Source: Cenococcum geophilum
Taxonomy: Eukaryota
NCBI GenBank assembly: GCA_050273025.1
Contig: CP158635.1
Location: forward strand, 33,356,001-33,420,000
DNA: 64,000 nucleotides
Direction: 5' to 3'
In this document: piece after piece, positions 48,901-62,050 of the stretch
Layout: each line of letters opens with the position of its first letter
Numbering within the stretch: position 1 is the first letter of the stretch
Notes under the pieces: generated by a model
Seen by the model: the letters and a program-made list of their open reading frames with translations, nothing else
Databases searched by the model: none
Told to the model about the DNA's origin: nothing
Translations under genes and position numbers: made by a program

Positions 48901-51599
48901 TAAAGATATTTTCTTTGCCCTGCTTAATCTTAATCTTATAGTTATATAGTTAGTAAGGTAAAAGTATATTAAACGCTACTTTAGAGAATACGTTCTTAAA
49001 TTTCTGGTGTTAATAGGGCAGCTTTTATTCTACTAGTTCCTTATCTATAAGCTTACTTTCTTATCTACTAAGCTTATTTCCCTTTTCTTTAATTATTTAA
49101 TTAATTTTATATAAGCTTATTATAAAGGTAATAGTATTAAGCTAAACTAAGTTTTAGTAAAATCCTATAGCACTAATATAGCAGACATTAACTAGTAGAA
49201 GGTCCGCTAGTTTCCTTATAGCTATTTTCTAGACTATATTTTACAGTTTAGGGTTTATAATCTTTTTTAGCTCCTATTCTATCTTCCGTAGGTTATCCCT
49301 TTAATCTATTAGTTTAGTATAATGTTTAATATCCCTTATTATTCTTTATAGCTATATAAGGCCTAAGCTCTCTATAAGGGGCTTTTTTAGGTTACTATTA
49401 ACTTCCTAGGTCTTTAATACGGGTGGCGTAATATAGGTAGTTTAGGGGCGATATAGTATATAGATCCGTTATAAATTAAGCTATATATCTTTCTTAAAGG
49501 CCTAGTTTCTATATATAGTATTAGCCTAGTAAATAGTATTAATCTAGGGCTATATAAGGTTTTCTATTATAATACTAATTTCTTTTATAAAGGAAGGGGT
49601 TAGGGGTAGGGTTTTAGGCTAGATAAGCTGTTTACTTTATATATTAAGCTATAAGCCTAAATAGGCTAGCTATTTTTATTTTAAGATTATATTATAGCTA
49701 CCTAGGTCTATAATAAGGAAGGGGGTATTATACTGCCTTTATTTATTAACACGGAGGTAAATCTATAAGATAGTTATAATAGGTAGTCCTATCCGCCTAT
49801 TATACCTATAAATAGGAATTAGTTTAGGCAGTTCTTTAATAGGTATATTTAGGAAGTTAGCTAGCTTTACGGCATACTAAATATCTATTAAGGTAAAGGC
49901 ATTTACTCTAAAGTTAGCTAAAGTAGAGGTTAAAACTTAGTATTTATTACGGAATAAAGTATAAGGGATAGTATAGCTTTTTTTACTAACTAGCTAACTT
50001 AGATTAACATCTAATATATTAATCCCTTTTAACCCTAAAAAGGAGTCTTTCTCTAGGGTTCCTTTTTTTCTAACTTTATGCTATCCTCCTAGATTAATAG
50101 AACCTCGTCTACTTTCGCGTTTATTAGGCAATTCTTTATATAGTAACCTTTTTATCTATAAGAGAAGTAAGCTCTTTAATTACTAAGGGCCTATATATAG
50201 GGGTTACTATATATAGGCTAAGCATTTGCTAGACCTATAGTAGGGCTAGCCGTACGGCTAGCTACTAAATTAGCGGTAGGCTATATAGGTAGTACTATAG
50301 GGGTTACTAATTGTGCTAGGGTATTACGGGCTGTTCTTATATTACTTATAGTCTAATTTAAAGGGTTTCTGGCTTTATACTATTTAGTATATACCTTAAT
50401 TTAATAGAGGCCTTAGTTAATAGCTAAGTACTAGTTTATAAGTTCCTTTAGCGTCTATATAGTAGTAAAAACTAGTAATACAGCTCGCTGCAGGTCTAGG
50501 GTAAGCTTATTAAATAGGTCTAGCATTAAATCTTTTTAGGGAATTTAAGCCTAGCCGGCTAGGTATAGAAAGCGGGTCTAAAAGGCTAAAAAGGTCTCTA
50601 TTATTTTTATATTTAGGCTTTTATAATTAAGTTAGGTATTTTATACTTTAAAGGGGTCCTTATAAATAAAAGATAGGTAAATAATTATCTTTTTTTTAAA
50701 GAGGAAGGGCTTTACTAAGTCCTATATATACTACGGATATAGGTGCATCTATATATCCCTACTAGTACGGCTAAAGACATAGGCTATTTTAGCTTAAGTG
50801 GTAAAGAAGTAGTCTGTATTAACTTTAAGCTTATCTTATAATTAAAGCTTCTAATTATTAAATATAGGGTTAGTTCCATTTATAAGTAATAGGGGGTTTA
50901 TAACCTTTATAGACCGTAATAATACTAATACTATATATTAGGCTAGAGCCTTAAGGACTATAGTAAGTCTTTAGGTATTTAATAATTCCTTACTAAGCAT
51001 AGGGGGTTTTCTAGCTTTAAGCAGCTCTTAAAGTTATTTAATTTTAGTATTAGCTACTATAAGCTCTACTTAGGAGTTTAAGTTAGTTACTATTTTACTA
51101 TTAGAGGTATTTAAGGGTCCTATAGCTGCTTTACCGGCTGCTATATTTCTTAGCATTATGGTATAGTTATTAGGGTAACCTCTAGTAGGATTTTATAAAG
51201 GTTTTAGTCTATACATATTCTATAGGTCTTATTATTTTTTTCTATTCTTCTAGTTCTAGTAATATTCTTTAGGTTTAATTCTATATTTTATTCTAGTTTA
51301 TAGTCCGTAAATATATTTAAGTTCCTTCTTAGGGGTTATTTAGTTATAACTTTATATTTAATATAGAGGCTCTATATTTAACTAAAATGGAGCTTAAATA
51401 TAAATATAAGGTTGTTATTCGGTAGATATAACGACTTTTAAATATAGAGCTCCTCTATATTAGTAAGCGCGTTAAATTTGCAAGCTATACTATATATAGT
51501 AGTTAAAATAAGGTTCTTAGCACCGTTTTAATATATAGCCTTTAAGCTCCTATTCTATATTCCGTTATAATCTAGAGCTCTTATATATATAACTTCTTA

Positions 51600-52847
51600 T
51601 AATATAGCAACTCCACCTACCCTAATTGCAATACTGCTGTCGCATTTGCAAGTCTTATATAATGTTATTATCTTAACCTTTATAATCGCAATAAGCTTAT
51701 TTCCGGAGGGCGTTTATACTTAGTATACTAATATATAGCGAGGAATAAGGTAGATAATATAGTTGCTCTACGGCTATAAGCAACGACTTATAAATTTGAC
51801 TCGTATAAGGCTTAAGGTATTTAGGAAGCTTCTTAATTGGTTATAACTATATAGCGACTTAAAGGATATAAAGCTTCTATTAGCGGCTAAGAAGCTATTA
51901 ATATTCCTAATAATATTTAGCAATAATTCGTCATATAGATTACTAAGTAAGGTAACTTAATACTTATCTATAACGATCTACTAGTAAGTATTTACCTGCC
52001 AGCTAAACTTCTAATATTAATTTGCTGCCTTATAGAGCTATATATAAAGTCCTTTCTAGTCTCCTAAAATTATATAAAGAAGTTATTTAGCTTCCTAAGA
52101 ACTCTACTCTAGAAGAAATTGCTAATAACCCTAAATAATATCCTTTCTTTACTAATTATATTGAAGCTCTTAACGGTACTTATTTACTAGTTTTTATAAC
52201 CGGCGGGTATATAAAGTAAACTCTATAGCGTAAAAAGAAGGGAGGATTATCGCAGAATATTCTTATAGTTGTTAATTTCTAAATAAACTTCCTTTATATT
52301 CTAGCTAGTTAGGAGGGCTCTACTTATAACTCTAAAGTCCTTAATTTAGTAAGAGCTAAAGGATTTAAAGCCTTACCTGGTAGATACTACGTCGTAAATA
52401 CTAGGTACTCTAATACGCCTATAACCCTAACTCCCTACTATAGTATATAATATCATCTTTATAAATAAGCGTAGGTAAATATAAGACTACAGAACATAAA
52501 GGAGCTCTTTAATCTTTAGTATACGGCACTAAGGAATATAGTAGAGCGTACTATAGGACTTTTTAAAAATCGTTTCTAGTACTTTAAGGCCAGTAGGCGT
52601 CGTCTCCCTTTAAGTATATAGGTGGATATTATATACGCCTTAACTGCGGTTTATAACTTTATTAATATAAATAATCTAGATAACCTACTAGATAATAATC
52701 TAGAGGTAGAGGATAAGGTTATAGATAAGGATAATATAAGGCTTATAGAGGTAAAAAGCGATATAGTTATAAACTAAAGACGCGATAAGATTGTAAAGCT
52801 TATATAGAAGAGTTACTGCTAGGTAATTAGCTAGCCAATTGCTTAAG
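51600..52847 (+). pseudogene. Harbinger DDE transposase (DDE_Tnp_4/HARBI1-like)
   Basis: De-RIPped PFF..CIGALDGTH (~52142-52183), LAGWEGSAHD (~52301-52330), YY.ADAGY, YHL, KELFNLRH..LRNVVER (~52499-52549), AVHNFI. Confidence 0.9.
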
Positions 52848-53009
52848 AATATATGGTAGATTTAGGTGTATTTATAATAGAAATCTATATAGTTTCCCTC
52901 TATAGATTACTTACTAATTACCTATATATAAAGGCTCTAAAGAGTAACTTAGATCTTACCTAAAATATCACCTATATTTAAGCTTAGATCTTACCTAAAG
53001 CTTACTCTC

Positions 53010-54230
53010 CTACGCGTTCTCCTTCCTGTTAGCTAAAATATTATCAATTAAACTTTACCGAAGCTTTATAACTCTAGCTATTATAAAAAATAATCTTATA
53101 GTAGACTCTGTCTTAAAAGCTTATAAAACAGCTAATTGCTCTATAGGATCTAGGTTATTAAACTTATAGATAAACTCTGCAAAGGCCTTCTCTTAAGGAG
53201 ACTTTTAGGCGATTAATTCTCTTATAGCCCTTATCTCTCTCATTACCTTCTCTACCGTCTTCTTTAGTGCCTTTATAACTCTCTATCTTCCTTACCAGCG
53301 CTTTATATTAGATTTAGTAGCTCTAGTAGCTTACTTAACAGCCCGCTTCCGTATAACTAGTAAAGAAGGTTAACTTAGCATTAAGGAAAATCTAAAAGGA
53401 TTAGGGTACTTAGCTAAAGGTAAGCTTAATTAACTGCCTTTAATAGAGCTACGAGCTAACTTTAACTTAAAGGCCTTATCTACTTCCTCCTTAACCTCCT
53501 CCTTAGCCTCCTTCTTATCTTCCTTATCTACTAAACTTAATACCTATAGGGCTACCGCTAAGAGAAGTTCGGGGTCTATAGAGCTTTTAATTACTTTATT
53601 AATCGACCTTATATAACTACCTATTGCTAAAACTCTATTAAATAGCTCCTATAGTAGATTTAGGAAGGCAGGCGGCATATTATAAAACTTCTTAGCAGTA
53701 AGATTAGCTTTAAAGTAGACCTTTATAACTTCCTTACTAGCAATAGGCACGCCTTTATCTTTGTTTTACCCCTAGCTAAAGAGGTTATAGAGCTCCTTCT
53801 ATAGCTTTTAATCCTTCTTATAGTTATTATACTTACTCTTAATTTACTTAAGAGTAATAGGCTACTAGGTAATAGTAATTATATAATTAAAAGCAATCTT
53901 TTAGCCGTTAGATTTATAAGAGCTATTTATATAATATCCTTTCTTAACGGCCTTAATAAGGCCTTCTAATATCGCCTCCTTTATCTTACCTATCTATCTT
54001 AAATACGTATTTCTATACACTATAGGCGTTACAGGCGTTACAGGCGTCGCTATAACTCTACTACAGCTCTTATAAGAGGTGGATAAAGGTATAAAAGGTA
54101 TTAATTATAAAAAGGGCGTTAGCTAAGGAGGAGGCTCTATTAATATATTAAAGTAGGGAGTTATAATAGAGGCCTAGTAGTAGAGAGGGCTTACTTAAAT
54201 TAATTACTAACGTTAATTATATATTATGTA
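53010..54230 (-). pseudogene. Harbinger ORF2, Myb/SANT-like DNA-binding protein
   Basis: De-RIPped FRWTGEMEEAMLEGLVEAVKKG...SYKSDGWKIA...QIKSKHDNHKKDWKLWKEL..LSGWG (~53765-54003). Confidence 0.8.
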
Positions 54231-54426
54231 AAGTTAAATCTAAAGCCTTATCTAGAGATACTAAATAATAGCCTTAATTACAGATTTAAATAAGCTATAG
54301 TAGTTAGCTGCCACTAATTACAAAACGGGTGATACTAAAAGATATATAGATTAAATAGTTATAATATAGAGCTAATTTACAACCGAATAACCCCTTAGAA
54401 AAAAAGGGTAGTTAAGCTTTAAATAA

Positions 54427-54651
54427 TATTAGTAACTTAGTTAATTAAGGTATAAGTATAATAAGAAGGACGCGTAAGCCTATATAATTAGTAGTCTATA
54501 AATAAGGATTTAAAGCTAAAGAAAAGAAAGGAGAAGAAGAGTAGCGCTAGTTAAAGTAGGGTTCTTTTATACGGTTCTCTAGTTATATAACTATAAAGTT
54601 TTACTAAGTTTTACTAGTTAAGTTCTGCCAAGTTCTGCTAGTGCTATAATA
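54427..54651 (-). repeat. 5' LTR
   Basis: Matches 45707-45941. Confidence 0.92.
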
Positions 54652-55099
54652 GTTACTATCTTTTATATCCTAGCTACTGTTCTTATTTTAAAAGGACTTA
54701 TTTAGAGCTATATATATATATTTATTTAAGCATTAATAATTATATCCTTAAGCTTCTTATAAGCAGTATAGGCCTTACTAAACTAGCGCTATATAAGTAA
54801 AGCCTAGATACCCTTAATAACGGTATATAATAAAGTAGCTTCCTTTAACTTTATACGCCTAATAAGGTCTTTAGAAACCTGCTATATATTAGCCTATATA
54901 ATACTACTTTAGGTTAACTAATTATAGACCGCACAGCTATTATCCCTAAAGGTCGCTGTATTGTTATAATAAGGAACATTAATACTAATAGCCTACGTAC
55001 TATTATTAACACTAAGTATATTAATATATTATAGTTACTCTATATTTAGGTTCTTACTAGAATTTTATTAGCTATATAATACTGTTAACCTTTCTAAAG

Positions 55100-57140
55100 T
55101 TCCCTTTACTATATATACTTTTTAGGAAGCCTTTCTAAAAATATCTATATTATAGAACTTACCTATAATACCTATTTCCACTACTTTCTATCTATTTTCT
55201 ATTTTAATTATATTCTACCTCCCTACTATTAGAACTTACCTATTACATATTTTAAATTTAACATCTATTAAAAGATCTCTCCTTAAATATTATCTTATAT
55301 TATTAAACCTAATTACTACTCTAACTACCTCTTCCTTCCTTAATTTATCCTTTACTACTTATACCTAGCCATCTATAAAATTAAGTATTATACCTATATT
55401 ATATATAGTTCGTCTTTCTTTTATTTTACTATAGCTACTACTTAAATATTTATCTAAAGGCTTTCTAGAAGTGTTCTTAGTACCTTAGTTATAGGCTATA
55501 CCTTTCTTACCTATACTATTGTTTTATAAACTAATAATTAACTATATGCCTTACTTAGTTAGATCCTTTATTAGTAAAAATAATTTATTCTTTCCTAAAG
55601 TAAAATAGACTTAGAAGAATAGATATAAAATTTAAATTATAAAAATTATAAAAAATAGTTAGTCAGAGCTTATATAATCATACTATATTAATATTTGTTT
55701 TTCTAAATTTAAAGCTAAACTTCTATTCCCTTAACAACTTAATTTAATTTCTATTTTCTAAATTCTACCTTCTAAATTTCTATCTACCAGCTATTAAAAA
55801 TCTTATAAAAATAAACTACCTACAGAATTGTAATCTAACACTTGCATATACACGCGTCTATACTATTAATTGTGCTAAGCCTAATCCCAATCTATGTCTA
55901 GGCTGCACAATTCATACACTAGAAAAGGTTGTACATAGCCTTAATCCTATATAGTGTAACTTTATATATAAGGATTAAGTCCGTTTCTTTACTAACCCCA
56001 ACCATCCCTATTAACAATGCATTAATTGCTTTATTCTAGACAACAACTACTATTAAGTAAGTTTATACTAATATACACTTTACTACTCTAACTTATAATA
56101 AATAGGTCCCTAAAAAGCATGCTAATACCATAAAGGCCGTAATAGGCAGATTACTTATTAATAGGAAGCCACCCTTAGCTAGAGCCAATATACACCCTAG
56201 ACTATAGGCTAATAATAAGTAGCGCTATAAGACTAAAGAACTAGCACTAGCTCTAATGCGAACGTAAGTCCACCATATATTATAACCCTGACATTATAAT
56301 AACTAATATAGTATATCTATTAAAAAATATAGACCCAGTTCTCGAATTATATTGCACTCTAGCACTACGTCCTTTGTTAATAATAAAGCTAAGACCAAAC
56401 CTTATATAAATGCTACTATAGTCGGTTATTAATCCTAAGCTATACTGGCTTAGTAAACTAATATTTATTAGGATATCTATAAGGAGTTTAGCGATAGTTA
56501 CCCTAATATTATAGCAGTTAATAAAGCGGCGCTAATAGTTGCACTTGCGGAAGGGGTTAGGATATTACTTTTTAGGTATAAGTCTAAACAGTGTAAAGCG
56601 GCTAGTGCAGAGCTAGAGGCTGCGGTAGATAGGTTTAAGTTAGAGTAACTCTAAGTTTACTTCTTTAGATATAGGGTTAATGGTTTTAAATTGCATATAG
56701 AGGACTTCTTAAGTTGGGTATTAGAGATATCCAATATCAATTCAAAATTGGTAATCGGGTTTATAGAGTAATTGGATATATCGTATTATAATAAAGATGT
56801 CTCTATAAAGTGGAAATAAATGGTAGTATATTATAATGGATTAATATATTATATAACATAGATTAAAGGGAGTTTTTAGAAAGGCTTCCTAAAAATGTCT
56901 ATAGGTAGTATACTAGGAAATAAAATATAGTATATATTGGACCAAAGTATTCTAAAAATAGTGGTTATATTTAAAATATGTAATAGGTAAGTTTTAATAG
57001 TAGGTTAGTACAATATAGTTTAGAAAATAGTAGAAAATAGATTAATAGGTATAAAGTAGTAGAAAAAGAGGTATTATAGATAAGTTCTATAATATATATA
57101 TTTTTATTTAGGGATTTTAAAAAAGGGTATATAGTTTAGA
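55100..57140. repeat. ~160-bp imperfect inverted repeat pair (55100-55262 / 56964-57140) around a ~1.7-kb spacer
   Basis: TATATTATAGAACTTACCTATAATACC...CCTACTATTAGAACTTACCTATTACATATTTTAAAT has its reverse complement at 56968-57097. Confidence 0.8.
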
Positions 57141-59589
57141 GAAGTGTAATATAAAATATAGCGATATAGTATTATTAGCAGTAAGGTAGTTTTAAAGGAT
57201 AATAATTGGATTTAAATTATATAATGGATCGCTTACATAATCTAAAGTATATAAAAAAAAAATCTAATTAAAATCCTAAACTTCTAAAAGCTTATCACGG
57301 AATAGAACCTAAATATCAAATTTAACTCTATTCTAAGCATCCTTTATTAATTTCAATTTCGGGATGCCATAGATACTACTCTCGGCCCTACTCGCTTAAA
57401 GGCCCGACCCGGCATTCCTTAACATCCTTAAATAACGACGTAATAATGCAATCTCGAAGGCAAAGCCAAACGCTAATATGTGCATGGCATGCTTAATAAC
57501 GGCATTTAAAGCGTTTTAGGTCGATCATGTTCCTAACTAGTGTATATTTGTCAGCGTAGAAAGCTATAAATACTTCGACCTTAATCTTACTAATAGCGCT
57601 CAACTATGTTGCTTATGCCTTTAAGACAAAAATAAATGCTTTTAGGTATAAGATAGCTATATTATATGGTTCCAATATATACTAATATATATAGATGCCT
57701 GAATCGCTAGTACTGATAACAAAGAGTATTATAAGTCGATTTATAGTTAATGGAGTACTTCTTAAAGCTAAGAGCTGGATGCCGGAGGAACTCGCTAAAG
57801 ATAAAGCATAGGTTAGCGAAGTTGAGGAGCTATAGAAGCGGGTAATTCCGTTATTAGTATAGGGTTATAATATAATAGTAGTGTACTAAGTAATATAAGG
57901 TCTCAATGGGGATGTATAAAACTCCGTTTAACGTCCCACGGTATACAGGACAAGAAGTATATATTGGGGTTTATATTAAGTTCCAGTAAATCAGTTTTAT
58001 AAGTGCTAAATTATAATAGATAAGTGAGAAGAACCAACACTATAAGGGTATAGGAGGTCAGCAATTGGATCTGTTATTAGCAATTAGTAAAGGAGTATAG
58101 ATATTACTAGCTAATAAAGACTTGGAGGAAGCTATTAGTATTAGCAAGGGTATTTAGAAAGCATTAACGAAGATTAGAGGCAACTAGTAGTAGATTTTAA
58201 TAAGAGGTAGAAATAGGGTAGGTAGCATATTCTATATAAGATGGAATTATAGAATAGTAGATTCTATAGTGTAATAAAGGGGTTATTACGGAAGAGAAGG
58301 TTATAAGTAGAGGATTTCTAGAAAGGCTTCCGAAAAATCCCCCCTTATAGTACCTCTTCCCCTAGTAGATTTCGTCCTGGGATTATTAATAAGAGCTAGG
58401 CAATAGAATTAATGGGATTAAGGCTCTATAGCTATATAGATAATTTTGATTCTAGTGTTCGCGTATAGTCTAAGTCTTATAGAACATTAGTAGGGGAAGG
58501 GGCGGCGGCAAAAAGTAATCGGACACTAATACTTTAGGCAAAAAATACGACAGTATTAAGAAATGATCAATTCTAGCATTAAATTGACTCTAACTCTAGT
58601 ACTAATTATAGTATAAAAAGTTTCGTGCTTAAAGTTAGGTCTTTATTATTCTTCTGCAAGCTTTAAAGGCTTCCTTTACAGCGACGTGATATTACTATTT
58701 CTTATAATTCTTCTTATTAAGTATGTAAGTCTTAAAGATATTTGTAAGGTCATTAGCTAATAGAACTAAAGGTCTTCCGTTCTTCTCCTTTACAGAAACT
58801 AGATAATAGATTTTAGGAGGTAGAAGGCTAGTAGTAAGGGGCTCTTCTTAAACTACAAGAGATTGTTTCCATATATTAGCAGGTATTGATTTTGCAAGGT
58901 TATAGAGGTTTACGGCGTCTCTTTTAGTATTCTAAGACTTACAATAGGTTAAATATTAAGGTTTTCTAATATGGGAAGTATAAAGAGGTATTTTACTAAG
59001 TGTTAAGTAAGTGGAGTAGAAGTAGAGTTAGTTTTTATAGTATAGGGGCGAAAAAAAGAGAATTTTTGGTGGGGTTAGATTATATTAGTAAGTTATAGTA
59101 TTGGATTACGTTTTGCTAGGGCGTTTATAATGTTATGTATATTAGTTATATATATTATAATGTGTTTTAAATTTAGGCTTAGGTATATTTAGTTAAGATA
59201 AAGTTTCTTAATATTTTTAATATTTAATAATTATATTTTCTATAGATGTAGAAGTTTTATAAGTTTATTAGGATTACTATTAATTATAAAAAGTAGGTTA
59301 GAAAAGGAGAAGTTATAAAGAAAAGAGAATATATATATATATATAGGTATTAGTTAGGGAAAGAAGAGGAAGGAGTATATAATAGGGAGTTAGTAAGTAA
59401 GTTAAGTAGCAAGATAATATAAGTTAGGTTAATAATTATATTATATATATTAGCAGTTATAAGGAAACGGCTATAGGATAATAGGGGATATTTTTGGAAG
59501 GCTTCCGAAAAATAGGCATTATAGGTATATATTTATAGGATAGTAGTATTTAGTAGTAATTTAAATAGTAATAGTAAGTAAAATAATAT

Positions 59590-59803
59590 TAACTAGGACG
59601 GGGTAACTAGGATAGGGTAACTAGGACAGGGTAACTAGGACGAGGTAATTAAGACAGGGTAACTAGGATGAGGTAATTAGGACGGGGTAACTAGGACAAG
59701 GTAATTAGGATAGGGTAACTAGGACGAGGTAATTAGGATAGGGTAATTAGGATAGGGTAATTAGGATAAAGTAATTAAGATAGTAGTAGTAACCGGGACG
59801 AGG
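59590..59803. repeat. 14-bp tandem repeat TAACTAGGAC[G/A]GGG (~14 copies; unmutated unit TAACCGGGACGAGG)
   Basis: Read directly from the sequence. Confidence 0.92.
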
Positions 59804-60389
59804 AGAGTAAGAAGGGAGAAAGAGGGAAAAAGTAGTAAATTGGGTAGTAATAGGGATAAGAATTAAAGGTATAGAATAGGGGGGTAATAGGGATAGTAAT
59901 AAAAGTAGTAAAGAAAGAAAAGGGTAAAGGGTAGTAGTAATAAGGGTAGGGGGATAAGGGTAAAAAAGGGTAGGGGATTATAGTAGTTAAAGGTTAAATA
60001 GTAGGTAAAGGTTAGAAATAAATTTAGAAGTTTTAGGTATTTAAAGATCTAGAATAACTTAAAACTATTACTACGCTTATCTAAATTATAATATAGGCGT
60101 TATAGTAGAAGATATAGTTAATTAAAGATATATATTCTGGTATGTCCTTCCTAATTTAGTAAGGCCGGTCGCAATTATAACCTATTTAAATTAGGGTTTT
60201 TTTAGAATTAAGTTTAATAAACCTCTAATACCTTTATAAGGCACTACACTAGGTATTTTTTTTATTACAGAAGTAAGTCCTAGATTGTTACTATATGTTA
60301 CTAAGCAGCGGCCATATAATAGGCCTCCTACGCCTATTTACTGCGTACTATGCCCTAGAGAGCAGCAAACTATATAACGCGATAAGCCC

Positions 60390-62050
60390 AGTTATAGTAA
60401 GAATGTCTTAGTAAAACACTTAATATAAGATGTTATTCTTAAATAAAATCCAACGCTTTAATTAAATTTTGCTAAATTCTGCTAACCTAATTAAACTCTA
60501 TTACATCTATAGGTAGGCGACCTTAGTACGCTAACCGGTTTAGGGTTTTTTTAGAATACTAGTTGGGCTAGCTATAAACCACTGCTATAGTACTACTATA
60601 GTAAGAACTTAATATAAGATGTTATTCTTAGATGAAATCCAACGCTTAAATTAAATTCTACTGAATTTTACTAACCTAATTGAACTCTATCGCATATGTA
60701 GGTAGGTAGGCGGCCTTATTATGCTAACCAATTTAGGGTTTTTTTAGAATACTGGTTGGGCTAGCTATAAACCACCGCTATAGTACTACTATAGTAAGAA
60801 CTTAATATAAGATGTCATTCTTAGATAAAATCCAACGCTTTAATTAAATTTTACCGAATTCTACTAACCTAATCGAACTCTGTCGCATATGTAGGTAGGC
60901 GGCCTCGTTACGCTAACCAATTTAGGGTTTTTTTAGAATACCAGTTGGACTAGCTATAAACTACTACTATAAACCATTACTACAAAACACTTAATATAAG
61001 ATGTTATTCTCAAATAAAATCTAACGCTTTAATTAAATTCTGCTAAATTCTGCCGACCTAGTCTGTTAAAATGTAATACTTAATTCTGCTACTAATACCT
61101 AACTACCTTTTAGCATATTAACATGCTAAAATATTAAAATGTAATATTTTAACTTAATTCATCTATCTAGGGAAGGCTAATTTACCAGCCGCCTTACGCT
61201 ACTAGAAGATTAATTCTCAACACAATTAAACTCTATTATATATAAATATTTAACTATAGGTAAGCAGCCTCGCTACGCTAACCTGTTTAGGGTTTTTTTA
61301 AAATGCTAGTTGTTAGTAACTCGGTTAATTAAGATATAAGTATAGTAAGAAAGATGCATATAAGCCTATATAATTGGATTATCTATAAACGAGGATCTAA
61401 AGCTATAAAAAGAAAAGGAGAAGAATAACAATGCTGCTTAAAGTAGAGATTTTATATAATCTAATCGTATGTCTGCCATAATCTGCTGTTTTTTTATCAG
61501 CCTATAATAATTAGCTTTTTTGGTATGTTAATATACTAAAGTTACGTGACCGTAATTTGCAGCAATCTGCTAGTACTATAATAGTTCTGCTATCTACTAA
61601 GTTCTGCTACATTCTGCTAAATTCTGCTAGTGCTATAATACTAGTCGGGCTAGCTACGAACCACTGCTACAGTGCTACTATAGCAAGAACTTAATATAAG
61701 ATGTCATTCTTAGATAAAATCCGCGCTTTAATTAAATTCTGCCAAATTTTGTTGACCCGAACAAACTCTATTGTATCTATAGGTAGGCGGCCTTATTACG
61801 CTAACCAGTTTAGGGTTTTTTTAGAATGCTAGTTAGGCTAGCTACAAACCACTATTATAGTAAGAACTTAACATAAGATGTTATTCTTAGATAAAATCTG
61901 ACGCTTGAATTAAATTTTGCTAAATTCTGCTAACCCGAATAAACTCTGTTATATCTATAGGTAGGCGGCCTTATTACGCTAACTAGTTTAGGGTTTTTTT
62001 AAAATATTGGTTAGACTAGCTACGAACCACCGCTATAGTATTACTGTAAA
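60390..62050. repeat. ~176-193-bp satellite (about 6-7 units), interrupted by a solo LTR
   Basis: The marker CTTAA[T/C]ATAAGATG occurs at 60420, 60608, 60801, 60990, 61690 and 61866; most units contain TTTAGGGTTTTTT. Confidence 0.92.
61311..61640 (-). mobile_element. Solo LTR related to the 45707-54651 Gypsy LTRs
   Basis: TGTTAGTAAC...GTGCTATAATA with a perfect 5-bp TSD CTAGT (61306-61310 and 61641-61645). Confidence 0.92.

Larger units (their letters stand above)
51409..54394. mobile_element. PIF/Harbinger DNA transposon (two convergent ORFs) nested in the Gypsy leader
   Basis: TIR core GTTATTCGGT (51414-51423) / ACCGAATAAC (54382-54391). Flanks are TAA and TTA, so the TSD is imperfect. 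Confidence 0.85.
45707..54651 (-). mobile_element. Full-length chromodomain Ty3/Gypsy (gag with Zn knuckle, PR, RT, RNaseH, IN, chromodomain) with both LTRs and a 5-bp TSD; contains a Harbinger insertion
   Basis: LTRs at 45707-45941 and 54427-54651; TSD ATTAC/GTTAC (one RIP change); PPT GAGGGGGGGTAA at 45942-45953; RT YLDDIIIY (~48425-48450); integrase HPQTDGQTE (~46820-46850); gag WKLQLQDKLEVNADHF (~50805-50855). Confidence 0.95.

Noticed and set aside
44690..55000. Minus-strand gene relic split by the Gypsy (45300-45706 plus 54652-55000)
   Set aside because: A frame appears to continue across the TSD, but no family motif was identified, so it is too weak to annotate.
60190..62000. Telomere
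   Set aside because: Only isolated TTAGGG units occur within a satellite; there is no (TTAGGG)n tract.
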